From: Nitrospiraceae bacterium
GTDB taxonomy: Bacteria; Nitrospirota; Nitrospiria; Nitrospirales; Nitrospiraceae
Direction of reading: 5' to 3'
Assembly (NCBI GenBank): GCA_036004925.1
Contig: DASYRC010000063.1
Location: 29,970-93,969 of the forward strand
Length of the DNA stretch: 64,000 bases
In this document: positions 1 to 8,366 of the stretch, piece by piece
How the letters are laid out: each line of letters opens with the position of its first letter
Position numbering within the stretch: the stretch's first letter is position 1
The notes under the pieces: model-generated
Databases searched by the model: none
What the model was told of the DNA's origin: nothing
What the model saw: only the letters and a program-made list of their open reading frames with translations
Program-made: the position numbers and the translations under genes

Positions 1-812
1 AGGATTTGGAGATCAGCCGCTGAACCTTGCCGTGCCAAACCGATCACGTCTTGGTCGGTTGTCGTCGTTTGGGTGATGCGTTGTTTTTCAAGTGTGCGTT
101 CGAGGTTGAAGAGCCGATCGCGCAAGCGCGCCGCCTCCTCGAATTTCTCACGCTCCGCCGCCTCTTCCATCTGGGTGCGCAAGTCATCCAGCAATTCATG
201 GTCGCGTCCTTCGAGAAACTGGCGGACCTGCCCAACGATGTGGTGGTAGTCCTCTTTCGATTGATTGCCGGTGCAGGGTGCCATGCACCGTTTGATTTCG
301 AATTCAATACAGGCTCGCTCCGCTTTGCCGTCGATCTCGATCGTGCAGGTGGCCAAGGGGAAAGCTTTCTTGATGACTTTCAACGTCTCCCGCAAGGCGC
401 CTGCCGGCGTGTAGGGACCATAGTAGAGAGCGCCGTCTTGTTGCACACGCCGGACGATGGAGAGGCGCGGGAAGTCCTCTTTGATCGGCAGGCGAAGGTA
501 GGGGTATTGCTTGTCGTCCCGTAAGACCACATTGAACCGGGGCCGATGCTGTTTGATCAGATTGCTTTCAAGGATGAGCGCTTCGAGTTCTGAACGGGTG
601 ACGATCGTTTCGAGGTCTGCGATGTGGCTGACCAGGACAGTGTTTTTCGGGGAGTGGTCGGTCCCTTTTTGAAAGTAGGACCGCACCCGGTTGGACAGGA
701 CTGCGGCCTTCCCGATGTAGAGCAAATCGCCCCGCTCGTCCCTGAACAGATAGACGCCGGGCAGGTCAGGTAGGTGGTCGAGTTTAGATTGGAATTCGGC
801 AGAAGTAGCCAT
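1..812 (-). CDS. uvrC: Excinuclease ABC subunit C (UvrC), N-terminal part; ORF runs off the left edge
   Basis: Not in the ORF track because there is no in-window stop. The reverse complement from the ATG at 810-812 reads MATSAEFQSKLDHLPDLPGVYLFRDERGDLLYIGKAAVLSNRVRSYF (GIY-YIG nuclease N-terminus). Further on it reads EREKFEEAARLRDRLFNLE (UVR domain). The listed + ORF 27..524 is its mirror frame. Confidence 0.85.
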   Translation of the reverse strand, partial: MATSAEFQSKLDHLPDLPGVYLFRDERGDLLYIGKAAVLSNRVRSYFQKGTDHSPKNTVLVSHIADLETIVTRSELEALILESNLIKQHRPRFNVVLRDDKQYPYLRLPIKEDFPRLSIVRRVQQDGALYYGPYTPAGALRETLKVIKKAFPLATCTIEIDGKAERACIEFEIKRCMAPCTGNQSKEDYHHIVGQVRQFLEGRDHELLDDLRTQMEEAAEREKFEEAARLRDRLFNLERTLEKQRITQTTTTDQDVIGLARQGSAADLQI

Positions 813-870
813 CAGCGATCAGCCTTCAGTGGTCAGCAAGGGAAGAGTGCTTGTGTGGCACCATTCTATC

Positions 871-1116
871 AGGCTGCGAAGAAACTATTTTAACACGCGA
901 GAACTTCGAAGGTCCTCACGTGTAGTACAACAGGAGAACACTCCCGCAGGCTGCTCAAAAAGTTCGTCCAGCAAGGCCGCAGCGAGTGAAGGGCCGAGGA
1001 GTACCCTCTGGGGGACGTTGAAGGTCTGAACGATGCGGGAACGCCGCATGGGAAAAGGCGCGTCTCGGCGCGCCGGGCTCGGGTGGGTGAGAAGAGCGAC
1101 TTTTTCAGCAGCCTGC
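871..1116 (+). repeat. Composite intergenic repeat, copy 1A
   Basis: Leader is AGGCTGCGAAGAAACTATTTTAACACGCGAGAACTTCGAAGGTCCTCACGTGTAGTACAACAGGAGAACACTCCC. The palindrome runs from GCAGGCTGCTCAAAAAG (946) to CTTTTTCAGCAGCCTGC (1116). Confidence 0.85.
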
Positions 1117-1193
1117 TAAGGCCCGAAACCCCCTGGGGCAACTCGGTCGGGGGATTGAGGCTGAAAGCTGATCGCTGACGGCTGATTGCTCGC

Positions 1194-2063
1194 TCAGCGC
1201 AAGCTACGCACGAAGGAGGGACTAAGGCTTCCCCGCGCGACTTCCGCGACCGGACCCTTCATGGTGAGACTGAAGTCCGCGGCGACCTCGATGTTGAGCT
1301 GGCCTCCAGGCATTTTCACCGTGACAGGGCTTTCCACGAGCCCGAGCCGGACTGCCGCGCTCGCAGCGGCGCAGGAGGAGGACCCGGAGGCCTTGGTTTC
1401 GCCGGCCCCGCGCTCCCAGATCAGGATGGAGAGTTCTTGTGGGCCGGTCGGCACGGCGAGTTGAACGTTCGTTCGCTTCGGAAACAGGGAATGGTTCTCT
1501 ACTGCCGGTCCCAATTTCAGGAGATCCTCGCGCGACCAGGATTGTCCGGCCGGTTTGAAGATGACACAATGAGGATTGCCCACGCTTACCCCGGTGAAAG
1601 TGAGCGACTGGCCGGCGACGGCGATGGGCTGTTCAACAAGCTCGCGAGTCATGAGGGTACAGGGGAGTGCGGCCGGCAGAAACGTGGCCCGGCCCATTTC
1701 GACGGTGACGGCGCTCGCATCCCCATGCCGGTCCACATGCAGCGCAATCGTTACCAGCCCGCCTCTGGTCTCGACGGTGAAATGTTTCCTTTTCGTCTTG
1801 CCGGTCGCGTGAAGATAGCGGGCAAAGATGCGCAATCCGTTGCCGGATTTTTCTGCTTCGCTGCCGTCAGGGTTGAAGATGCGCAGGCCGAAGTCCGCTT
1901 TCTTTGACGGGACCAGCGCAAGGATTCCATCACTGCCGAGGCCCCAGTTGCGATCACAGATGGTTTTGATTTTTGCTGGGGTGAGCGAGAACGACAGGTC
2001 TTTTGGATCCATCACCACATAGTCGTTGCCCAGCCCATGCCCGCGGAAGAACCCGTTTTTCAT
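1194..2063 (-). CDS. dapF: Diaminopimelate epimerase
   Basis: 289 aa. Motifs GHGLGNDYVV, SVGNPHCVIF and ERGAGETKASGSSSCAA, giving the two catalytic Cys contexts typical of DapF. Confidence 0.9.
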   Translation of the reverse strand: MKNGFFRGHGLGNDYVVMDPKDLSFSLTPAKIKTICDRNWGLGSDGILALVPSKKADFGLRIFNPDGSEAEKSGNGLRIFARYLHATGKTKRKHFTVETRGGLVTIALHVDRHGDASAVTVEMGRATFLPAALPCTLMTRELVEQPIAVAGQSLTFTGVSVGNPHCVIFKPAGQSWSREDLLKLGPAVENHSLFPKRTNVQLAVPTGPQELSILIWERGAGETKASGSSSCAAASAAVRLGLVESPVTVKMPGGQLNIEVAADFSLTMKGPVAEVARGSLSPSFVRSLR

Positions 2064-2192
2064 TCTCGAAATCTCCGGCTTCGTCCATCGTCAAAGGTCA
2101 ACGGTCAAGCAGGGCAGAGGGTCCTTGGTCACCCTCTTCCTAACATGGGGGCACAGAGAAGGGAAAGGGGGTGTAGGAATTGTGAGGGCAGG

Positions 2193-2591
2193 CTACACAA
2201 GTGCCGTCCCCCGCGGACGTTCGATGAGTTCGACTTCGTAACCGTCCGGGGCATCGATGAAAATGAAGCGGCTACCGGATGAGGTTGTGGTCGGCCCGTC
2301 CGTAATTCGAATCTGTTTGGCGCCGAGTTGTTCAATCGTGTCGTCAAGGTTCTCAACTTGGAAGGCCAGGTGGACGAGGTCTTCCTGCACCGTCACCGGG
2401 CCACTTGACGGGAAGCTGCAGAGTTCGATCAGTTCCTCGTTGTTGGGCACCTTGAGAAAAGCCAGATGAGAGCCGCGAGGCGAGACCTTTCGCTCCAGGA
2501 CCTCCAGCCCGAGGACATTGGTGTAGAAGGTGATCGTCTGGTCGATGTCGCTGACCCTCATGCGGGTGTGGAGGAGCTTCTTGACTCGCAT
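2193..2591 (-). CDS. VOC / glyoxalase I family protein (lactoylglutathione lyase-like)
   Basis: 132 aa. N-terminus LLHTRMRVSDIDQTITFYTNVLGL and C-terminus FIDAPDGYEVELIE are typical of the glyoxalase/bleomycin-resistance fold. Substrate not determinable. Confidence 0.7.
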   Translation of the reverse strand: MRVKKLLHTRMRVSDIDQTITFYTNVLGLEVLERKVSPRGSHLAFLKVPNNEELIELCSFPSSGPVTVQEDLVHLAFQVENLDDTIEQLGAKQIRITDGPTTTSSGSRFIFIDAPDGYEVELIERPRGTALV

Positions 2592-2678
2592 AGGTTCCTT
2601 CTAAGGAAAAAGTTAAAAAGGAAAAGCCAAAAGCGGGATACAAGGAATCGCCACTTTTTACTTTTACCTTTCTATATT

Positions 2679-3152
2679 CTACTGACCCCTTGCTGGCCCC
2701 GCCGTCTTGCGCAGCAGAATCTCGGCACTGCCTGGGATCAGAAAGTTCGGCATGGGACCGATCTCTCGGTAGCCCTGCTTCTTGTAAAAGTGCCGGGCTT
2801 GGTCGTTGAAATCCGATACGCAGGCGAACAGGTTCTTCGCCCTAGCGAAAACAGCCGCTTCGACGTGGGCGAGCAACCGTCTCCCTAGCCCCTTGCCTTT
2901 CGCCCAGTCCGCTACTCCAAGCAGTTCTAGATAGTCGCCGAGCAAGAACTTCTGACGAACGACCGCGATGCCGGCCACTTTGCCGTTCTGGTCCACGACG
3001 TAGCTGTCACGTCCCTGCGGGAGCGGTGTGAAATAGTTGTCCCAGTCATTGGCTTGGTAGCCCAGCCGTTTCCACGGGTCGGAGTCGGCGAGCAACTCAA
3101 TGACGGCTGCCCGATCCTCCGCCGTCATGAGACGAACGACTTGGTCGGTCAT
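2679..3152 (-). CDS. GNAT family N-acetyltransferase
   Basis: 157 aa. Acetyl-CoA binding region LLGVADWAKGKGLGRRLLAHVE (Q/R-x-x-G-x-G/A type) and FYKKQGY. Its start overlaps the upstream gene's stop by 4 nt (3149-3152). Confidence 0.7.
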   Translation of the reverse strand: MTDQVVRLMTAEDRAAVIELLADSDPWKRLGYQANDWDNYFTPLPQGRDSYVVDQNGKVAGIAVVRQKFLLGDYLELLGVADWAKGKGLGRRLLAHVEAAVFARAKNLFACVSDFNDQARHFYKKQGYREIGPMPNFLIPGSAEILLRKTAGPARGQ

Positions 3153-3865
3153 GGGGTTGCCTGGCCATTACAGATTAGGAGATCACTCATGGTCATGGGG
3201 GTAAGGTTTCGCTCCGGCAAGAGATGTTGATGGAGGTCCTGCACCACCTCGTGCGTATGTCTGCCTTTCCCGTTGGCATGCATCACGATGACGCTACCCT
3301 TCCGGACTAACTGCTTCAATCGGTCTTCGATGCGCTTCGCCGTCAGCGCTGGGTCGGGATCGCCGGACTCGACATTCCAGAGAATGAACTGGAGGCCGAG
3401 GGCGCGGGCCACGTTGACGGTGTCGTCGTTGAACTCCCCATAGGGAGGGCGAAACAACGTCGCGTCATGACCGTACTTGGTTTTGAGCAGACGAACTGGT
3501 CCGAGAATTTCTTGTTTCTGCTCGTCAGCTGAATGGAGCGGCAGATGGGCGTGGACCTTCCCATGGGTGCCGACTTCAAAGAACGGGATCTGGAGGAGGG
3601 CTTTTACTTGTTCATCGTGTCTCGTCATCCAATTTCCGGACATGAAAAAGGTGGCGGGGATCTTTTGCTCAATCAAATAGTCGATCAGTGCCTGATCGTA
3701 GCCCGCTCCATTCCGCACCGGGCAGAGGTCGAACGTCAACGCGACTCCGGGACAAGAAGACGCCCCTGATTTAATCACTTGGGCTTGCGTGAAGGGGGGT
3801 ATCGCTGGGCCAAGCAGCATCGTGAGGGCCAGGCACAGTATCCCTGAGGAGTAGCGCGGTCGCAT
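3149..3865 (-). CDS. Polysaccharide deacetylase (NodB homology domain), secreted
   Basis: 238 aa. N-terminal signal-like segment ILCLALTMLLGPAIPPFTQAQ. NodB motifs TFDLC, GTHGKVH and RPPYGEF. Confidence 0.75.
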   Translation of the reverse strand: MRPRYSSGILCLALTMLLGPAIPPFTQAQVIKSGASSCPGVALTFDLCPVRNGAGYDQALIDYLIEQKIPATFFMSGNWMTRHDEQVKALLQIPFFEVGTHGKVHAHLPLHSADEQKQEILGPVRLLKTKYGHDATLFRPPYGEFNDDTVNVARALGLQFILWNVESGDPDPALTAKRIEDRLKQLVRKGSVIVMHANGKGRHTHEVVQDLHQHLLPERNLTPMTMSDLLICNGQATP

Positions 3866-3938
3866 GGTGATGAGTATACCCGATCCAGGAGGCGAAGCCG
3901 AGTTGACGCTCGAATTCCCGCACTGTTACGGTGGACGT

Positions 3939-5090
3939 ATGTCTTTGCCCAATTGGAGAATCGGCCGTGCGCTCGGCATCCCGATTCACGTGCATGCCTC
4001 CTGGTTTGTGGTGTTCTTCTTTGTGAGCTGGTCATTGGCGACGGGCTATTTGCCGGAGACGTTGCCTGGTCTGGCGGCTCCACGCTATTGGGGGATGGGT
4101 GGCATTGCCGCCCTCCTGTTGTTCCTCTCAGTCCTTCTCCATGAATTGGGACATTCCTATGTGGCGTTGCGCTACCAGATCCCTATCAGGCAGATTACGT
4201 TGTTCATCTTCGGGGGAGTGGCGCACATGGGAAAGGAACCACCCAGTCCGCGGGCCGAGTTTTTGATCGCGATCGCAGGACCGCTCGTGAGTTTGATTCT
4301 GGGAGCCGGTTGTCTCGGCGGAGCCATGGCGATGGAATCATTGTTCGCGCGATCCGGGCTTCGAGGGCTCATCGTCCTTGGAAGCTTGCTCGGCATGGTG
4401 AATGTACAGCTTGGACTATTTAACCTGATCCCGGGGTTCCCGTTAGATGGCGGACGTGTCTTACGGGCTGGACTATGGGCCTGGAACAAGGATTTCAATC
4501 GAGCGACCAGCCAGGCCGCGTTGGTGGGAATAGGATTCGGTGTTGCGCTTGGGCTGATCGGCGCGGGCTTGATGGTGGGAGCCTGGTCCGGCGCTCTGGG
4601 ACGTTCCATCGCGACGAACGGGGGCTGGCTCATCTTTATCGGTGTATTCCTCTTTTCGGCGGCCCTGGCAAGCAGACGGCAGGCAGCCCCGCGGATTTCG
4701 TTGGCGTCAGTGACGGTTCGCCAGGTCATGGTCCACCGCGTCGTGACCCTGCTACCGGATATGAGTGTGCAGGACGCGGTCGATCAATACTTTGTCGCGC
4801 ATGGATTTGGTGGATTTCCCGTGTGCGAAGAGGGGCAGGTTCTCGGGGTGGTCACAGTGCGAGACGTGCAAGCGCTTCCCACGGCACTCTGGCCGTGGCG
4901 TCGCGTTCGCGAGATCATGCGCCCGGCGTCGCCGGCCTTCTGTATCCCTCCGGACTGGTCTGTCATGCAGGCGATGGAACGTATGGTCCAGGGCGAGTGG
5001 GATCGTCTCGTGGTGATGGAGAACGAAGAGATCGTAGGGCTCATCACTCGATCGGGCATTGCTCATTTCTTACAGTTGCACAAAGCGTGA
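3939..5090 (+). CDS. Site-2 protease family (peptidase M50) with C-terminal CBS pair
   Basis: HELGH zinc motif (LLHELGHSYV), NLIPGFPLDGGR motif and multiple TM segments. The C-terminal roughly 120 aa look like tandem CBS domains. The track ORF starts at 3864, overlapping the divergent deacetylase start. I prefer the ATG at 3939 (MSLPNWRIGRALGIPIHVH), which is preceded by GGTGGA. Confidence 0.8.
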   Translation: MSLPNWRIGRALGIPIHVHASWFVVFFFVSWSLATGYLPETLPGLAAPRYWGMGGIAALLLFLSVLLHELGHSYVALRYQIPIRQITLFIFGGVAHMGKEPPSPRAEFLIAIAGPLVSLILGAGCLGGAMAMESLFARSGLRGLIVLGSLLGMVNVQLGLFNLIPGFPLDGGRVLRAGLWAWNKDFNRATSQAALVGIGFGVALGLIGAGLMVGAWSGALGRSIATNGGWLIFIGVFLFSAALASRRQAAPRISLASVTVRQVMVHRVVTLLPDMSVQDAVDQYFVAHGFGGFPVCEEGQVLGVVTVRDVQALPTALWPWRRVREIMRPASPAFCIPPDWSVMQAMERMVQGEWDRLVVMENEEIVGLITRSGIAHFLQLHKA

Positions 5091-5125
5091 GACGTAAGGT
5101 GCGAAAGGTGAGGGATAAGGGGCAG

Positions 5126-5160
5126 CGCTGACAATGACCATTCAGCATTGTATTTTTTTT
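5126..5160 (+). terminator. Possible intrinsic terminator after the M50 protease gene
   Basis: Short hairpin (CAATG 5132-5136 pairs with CATTG 5146-5150; alternatively GCTGA/TCAGC) followed by a run of 8 T at 5153-5160. The stem is short and AT-rich, so confidence is modest. Confidence 0.4.
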
Positions 5161-5560
5161 AGAGTGATGGCAGCAGTGCCTTCAGCGTCGCGGTTACCGC
5201 CGCAATCAGATCAGTCGGCCTTCTAAAGTCCCACTGTTCGAAACACCTGTCTTGGGAAGGGCCGTGCAGGCCTGCTTCAGTTTCATAGATCAAGAGTTGT
5301 GCCCCTATATTCCCTAAATGGTGCTTTCAGATGTACCGTGTTGTCCTTACAGGTGATTCGTTCAAAGGAGGAGGCTGGCAAGTGAGGTGCTCACATCGTT
5401 GAGGCACTGGTTCTGATATGTCGTTAAGCCATTTCCCTCTATTTCCCCCATTGAGGCAAATGTACTCAGGTGATCGTGCCGCCATTGTCGAGATTCTCGC
5501 CACCAATCGATAACGCGTCCAAGCATTACTGCTGTCTCGCTAGTAGTCCTTGGCGGCCTA

Positions 5561-6919
5561 CTAGCCATCCGACCGGGCGATGGAAATGTTTTGCGCAATG
5601 GCAATACGCACGAGGTGGACCACGAGCAGGAATCCGTAGACGACGCAGAAGAATTTGAAGGTGGCGCGGTAAAAGTCTGTCAAGAGGATGGGGAGACAGA
5701 GGGCAAAGAGCAGGCTTGCGATCAGCGTCATGAAGGTCAACCGCCTACAGAACTCCTGAGGGGCTTCCCGGCCGACCTGTTTTAGCGCGCGGGCATAGCG
5801 CTCGGCTCGTTGAAGTCTGGCCGCGTGTAGAGCCGCCTCGCCGATGCCCCAATAGCGCAAGTAGCCATAGCCACCTAGAATCAGCAGCCACGGCAATGCC
5901 CACAAGGGCCAGTAAATCTCTCCTCCGTAGGTCTCGCTGCTGAGCAAGGCAGCGAAGGAGGGGGCATAGAGCAATCCCAACACCAGCGGCAGGATGCGCT
6001 CATCATTGGGACGTTCGCCCTCCGGTCCGCCATGAATCAGCTCCCGTTCAAATAGGGGGTAGCCGTACTTGAGGACCACGAGCGCGATGGCGGCGCTCAT
6101 GGTTTTATCAGGAATATATCGGATCCAGTTCTGGAACCAATTCACAATCCACCAACTCAGACTTTCGCCCCAGGTGAACCCGAAGAGAGATTCGAGGTAA
6201 AGATGCGCAGTGTGTTCCCATTGAAGTACACGCAGGCTCATTGACTCGGCGACGTCGGGGTTCAAGGCAAAGGTCGTTTGCTCATGCAGTGCAGCCTGGA
6301 CAAAGGTTCCCGGCAGGCTCATGACGATTGCGCCTCCGACCCCGAAGATATAGAGGAACCAGGCATGGGACAGGGCGGAACTGCGTCCTGTGCGGAGATA
6401 CTTTTGAAAGCCGGCTTGTCTGGCCATCCAACCCCAATAACAGGCGCCGGTCATACTCACGAGCGACCAGGGGAAAATCACCACATCCCCGCCGGTTTCC
6501 GGGTACAAGAGCCAGTTCACGACAGAATTCGAGAGGAGGGCCACGATGGCTCCCCACCAGGGGCCCAAGAGGAAGGCGACCATCGCTGTTCCAGTCATGT
6601 CGAGGAACAGGATGCTCTCCATATGACGACTTAATGTGAGCCCAACATAGTTGAGCAGCAGGCCTGCTGCGACGATCACGCTGGTTTCGTACAAGAGAAG
6701 ATAAGAGACACCACGGAAGGGCTTCGACGAAAAGAAATCGATCGTGGGAAACGAGTCAGAGGTCGGGCGTTCGGTTGTGGAGGGCGATTTGCGTTCCTTC
6801 TTCGATGTCAGCCGGTTCTTAACATCCAGCAGCTTCTCCATGAGAGTCAACAACGCCGCGATGAAGCCAATCACGGTGCCACCGAGCATGAGCATGTCTT
6901 TGCCGAAGTCTTCGGGCAT
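5561..6919 (-). CDS. Hypothetical polytopic membrane protein; central part resembles an ECF-transporter S-component core
   Basis: 452 aa, roughly 10 hydrophobic segments. The segment FLDMTGTAMVAFLLGPWWGAIVALLSNSVVNW resembles the D-x-x-G-x(5-7)-GP-x-x-G signature of ECF S components. The rest is unrecognised. Confidence 0.55.
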   Translation of the reverse strand: MPEDFGKDMLMLGGTVIGFIAALLTLMEKLLDVKNRLTSKKERKSPSTTERPTSDSFPTIDFFSSKPFRGVSYLLLYETSVIVAAGLLLNYVGLTLSRHMESILFLDMTGTAMVAFLLGPWWGAIVALLSNSVVNWLLYPETGGDVVIFPWSLVSMTGACYWGWMARQAGFQKYLRTGRSSALSHAWFLYIFGVGGAIVMSLPGTFVQAALHEQTTFALNPDVAESMSLRVLQWEHTAHLYLESLFGFTWGESLSWWIVNWFQNWIRYIPDKTMSAAIALVVLKYGYPLFERELIHGGPEGERPNDERILPLVLGLLYAPSFAALLSSETYGGEIYWPLWALPWLLILGGYGYLRYWGIGEAALHAARLQRAERYARALKQVGREAPQEFCRRLTFMTLIASLLFALCLPILLTDFYRATFKFFCVVYGFLLVVHLVRIAIAQNISIARSDG

Positions 6920-7003
6920 GAGGCAGTTCCCTTATAGTACCGGTTGTTATTCTAGCCACGAAGAGATATCCCCGCCAGCAAAAGTCCAGAAGCCGACAGG
7001 CTG

Positions 7004-7082
7004 ATTTGGTTTGTCTGGTTTGTATGATTCATCTTGTTGGTCTTGTTCAACCAAATAAACGAGACAGACCAGATCAACCAGC
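7004..7082. repeat. GGTTTGT-word hairpin repeat, copy 2A
   Basis: T/G-rich arm TGGTTTGTCTGGTTTGTATGATTCATCTTGTTGGTCTTGTT, followed by the complementary A/C-rich arm CAACCAAATAAACGAGACAGACCAGATCAACCAG. Same word family at 14961-15073, 47533-47637 and 50736-50816. Confidence 0.8.
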
Positions 7083-7100
7083 CGGTCCTCCCGCTTTAGG

Positions 7101-7341
7101 AGGATGCGAGAAAACTATTTTGCACGCCGAAACTTCATTGGGCCGCATGTCTTGGACAACAGGAGTACGCCATGCAGGATGCTCAAAACGGCGACCTTCT
7201 CACCCGCCCAACCCTGGCGCGCCAAGACGCGCCTTGTCCCTGGCAAGGCCGCAGCGATCGAAGAGGCGAGGCGTGCGCTTCGGTACCGTTGTGCTCTGCG
7301 CAGAGCGAGAACGAAGCCTACGGATTTTTTCAGTATCCTGT
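7101..7341 (+). repeat. Composite intergenic repeat, copy 1B (leader module plus long palindrome)
   Basis: Leader is AGGATGCGAGAAAACTATTTTGCACGCCGAAACTTCATTGGGCCGCATGTCTTGGACAACAGGAGTACGCC. The palindromic body is bounded by GCAGGATGCTCAAAAC (7174) and TTTTTTCAGTATCCTG (7340). Related copies at 871-1116, about 50823-51179 and 58130-58326. Confidence 0.85.
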
Positions 7342-7351
7342 GAGGGTCTTC

Positions 7352-8236
7352 TTATGCCGCCGGGCCATTGGGCAAGGCTGGATCTGATTGAGCGGTTCTC
7401 GTGGCTGCGGCTGACCGTGCCTGCGCCTGTTGTTGAAGGTGGTGGGCGACCTCGGCGCCTATCAGCAAGAGGGCAGCGGAGTAGTAGACCCATAAGAGCA
7501 GCAGAATGACTTCTAAAAAGGATCCATAGAGGTGAGCGTACACGGTCGCATAGGTGCTATAGGTCACGAATAAGAGTTTGGCTGCGACCCAAAGCAGACT
7601 AAACGTAAGCGCCCCGATCATCGCCTCACGCCATTGCGGCTGCCGCCGAGGCACGAGCCGATATAATCCTGTGACCGCAAGGAAGGCGAGCGCAAAGGGG
7701 AGCGTATAGGTGAGAAACAGATCATGGGCTGCGAGGGCCAGGAAATCGAGCCCCCAGAGTCTTGGCGCATACGCCGTTAAGAAGTTGATGATTTGGGTCG
7801 CGCCATAGGAAAGCAGCAGCACAAGTTCGGTCACAGCGAGCAAGGCGACGGCGATGCCGGTTGAGATGAGGGGATGGCGGCGCCAGGTGCTCTCGAACAC
7901 GACGTTCATCGCATAGTCGAGTTCATAGAAGACCAACGTGCCGAACCAGACGAAGGTCAGAAACACGGCCCATCGGACGGTTTCTAAGGCGCTCACCCGA
8001 TGCAATTCCTTTACGACATGTTCTCCCAGCGAGGGGAGGAAACCCTTGAGGAAACTGAGGAGGACCTGTTCCCCCATCACGTCATGACTCACGACGAAAC
8101 TCAGGCCGTACAGCAAGAGGAAGACGAGCGGGAAGAGGGAGAGCACGGAGAAAAATGCAAGAGAGGCCGCCAGACTGGTGCACCCATGGCGCAGAAATGA
8201 TCGTGCGAGGTCTCGGAGAAGACGTATGGGCTGCAT
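7352..8236 (-). CDS. YihY/BrkB (virulence factor BrkB / RNase BN-like) family membrane protein
   Basis: 294 aa. N-terminus LLRDLARSFLRHGCTSLAASLAFFSVLSLFPLVFLLL is characteristic of the YihY family. 6 TM segments. Confidence 0.75.
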   Translation of the reverse strand: MQPIRLLRDLARSFLRHGCTSLAASLAFFSVLSLFPLVFLLLYGLSFVVSHDVMGEQVLLSFLKGFLPSLGEHVVKELHRVSALETVRWAVFLTFVWFGTLVFYELDYAMNVVFESTWRRHPLISTGIAVALLAVTELVLLLSYGATQIINFLTAYAPRLWGLDFLALAAHDLFLTYTLPFALAFLAVTGLYRLVPRRQPQWREAMIGALTFSLLWVAAKLLFVTYSTYATVYAHLYGSFLEVILLLLWVYYSAALLLIGAEVAHHLQQQAQARSAAATRTAQSDPALPNGPAA

Positions 8237-8366
8237 AAGTCGCGATGGGTGAAGAGCTTGTCACCACCGTAACACGAGTCGCCCTCTCGTGCACCTGTTC
8301 AGGGTGTCGTCCGGTGAGAGGATTCTGCTCCTTCGCCGACTGCCCCATACCTTGCCGCGAGGAGCT

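Noticed and set aside
27-524. Large + or - strand ORFs in the track that lie antisense to conserved genes. Examples: 27..524 (+), 18046..18897 (+), 19544..20290 (+), 21269..22972 (+), 25794..26561 (+), 26625..28241 (+), 32957..33538 (-), 44415..45218 (-), 60207..60677 (-), 62661..63278 (-).
   Set aside because: Each is the mirror frame of a gene with unmistakable conserved motifs (uvrC, nuoG, nuoF, nuoCD, secA, ybbA, pgi, atpA, atpD). Their translations are Arg/Gly/His-rich low-complexity sequence, as expected for antisense frames of GC-rich coding DNA.
7104-7343. Mini-ORFs starting at the ATG inside the palindrome terminus GCAGGATGCT. Examples: MLKTATFSPAQPW… at 7178, MLKNAVQQSL… at 50916, MLKKSSSRVLASLRGSTYRSVRL… at 58134, and MFKKAVQQGRSE… on the opposite strand of copy 1D. 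An upstream ACAACAGGAG could act as a Shine-Dalgarno sequence.
   Set aside because: Copy 1A has CTG instead of ATG and a stop after 12 codons. Lengths and downstream sequences differ between copies. AGGAG-to-ATG spacing is 12-13 nt. Because the unit is a palindrome, both strands yield MLKK-type peptides automatically. Conservation looks nucleotide-level rather than codon-level.
7006-7509. Track ORFs running through repeats: 829..1029, 890..1141, 7006..7509, 7200..7493, 50562..50804, 50738..50947, 57964..58245, 31761..32006, 32640..32936.
   Set aside because: They are composed of repeat sequence (LVxLV-type peptides, Arg/Ala-rich palindrome translations), lack ribosome-binding sites, and change frame or length between repeat copies.
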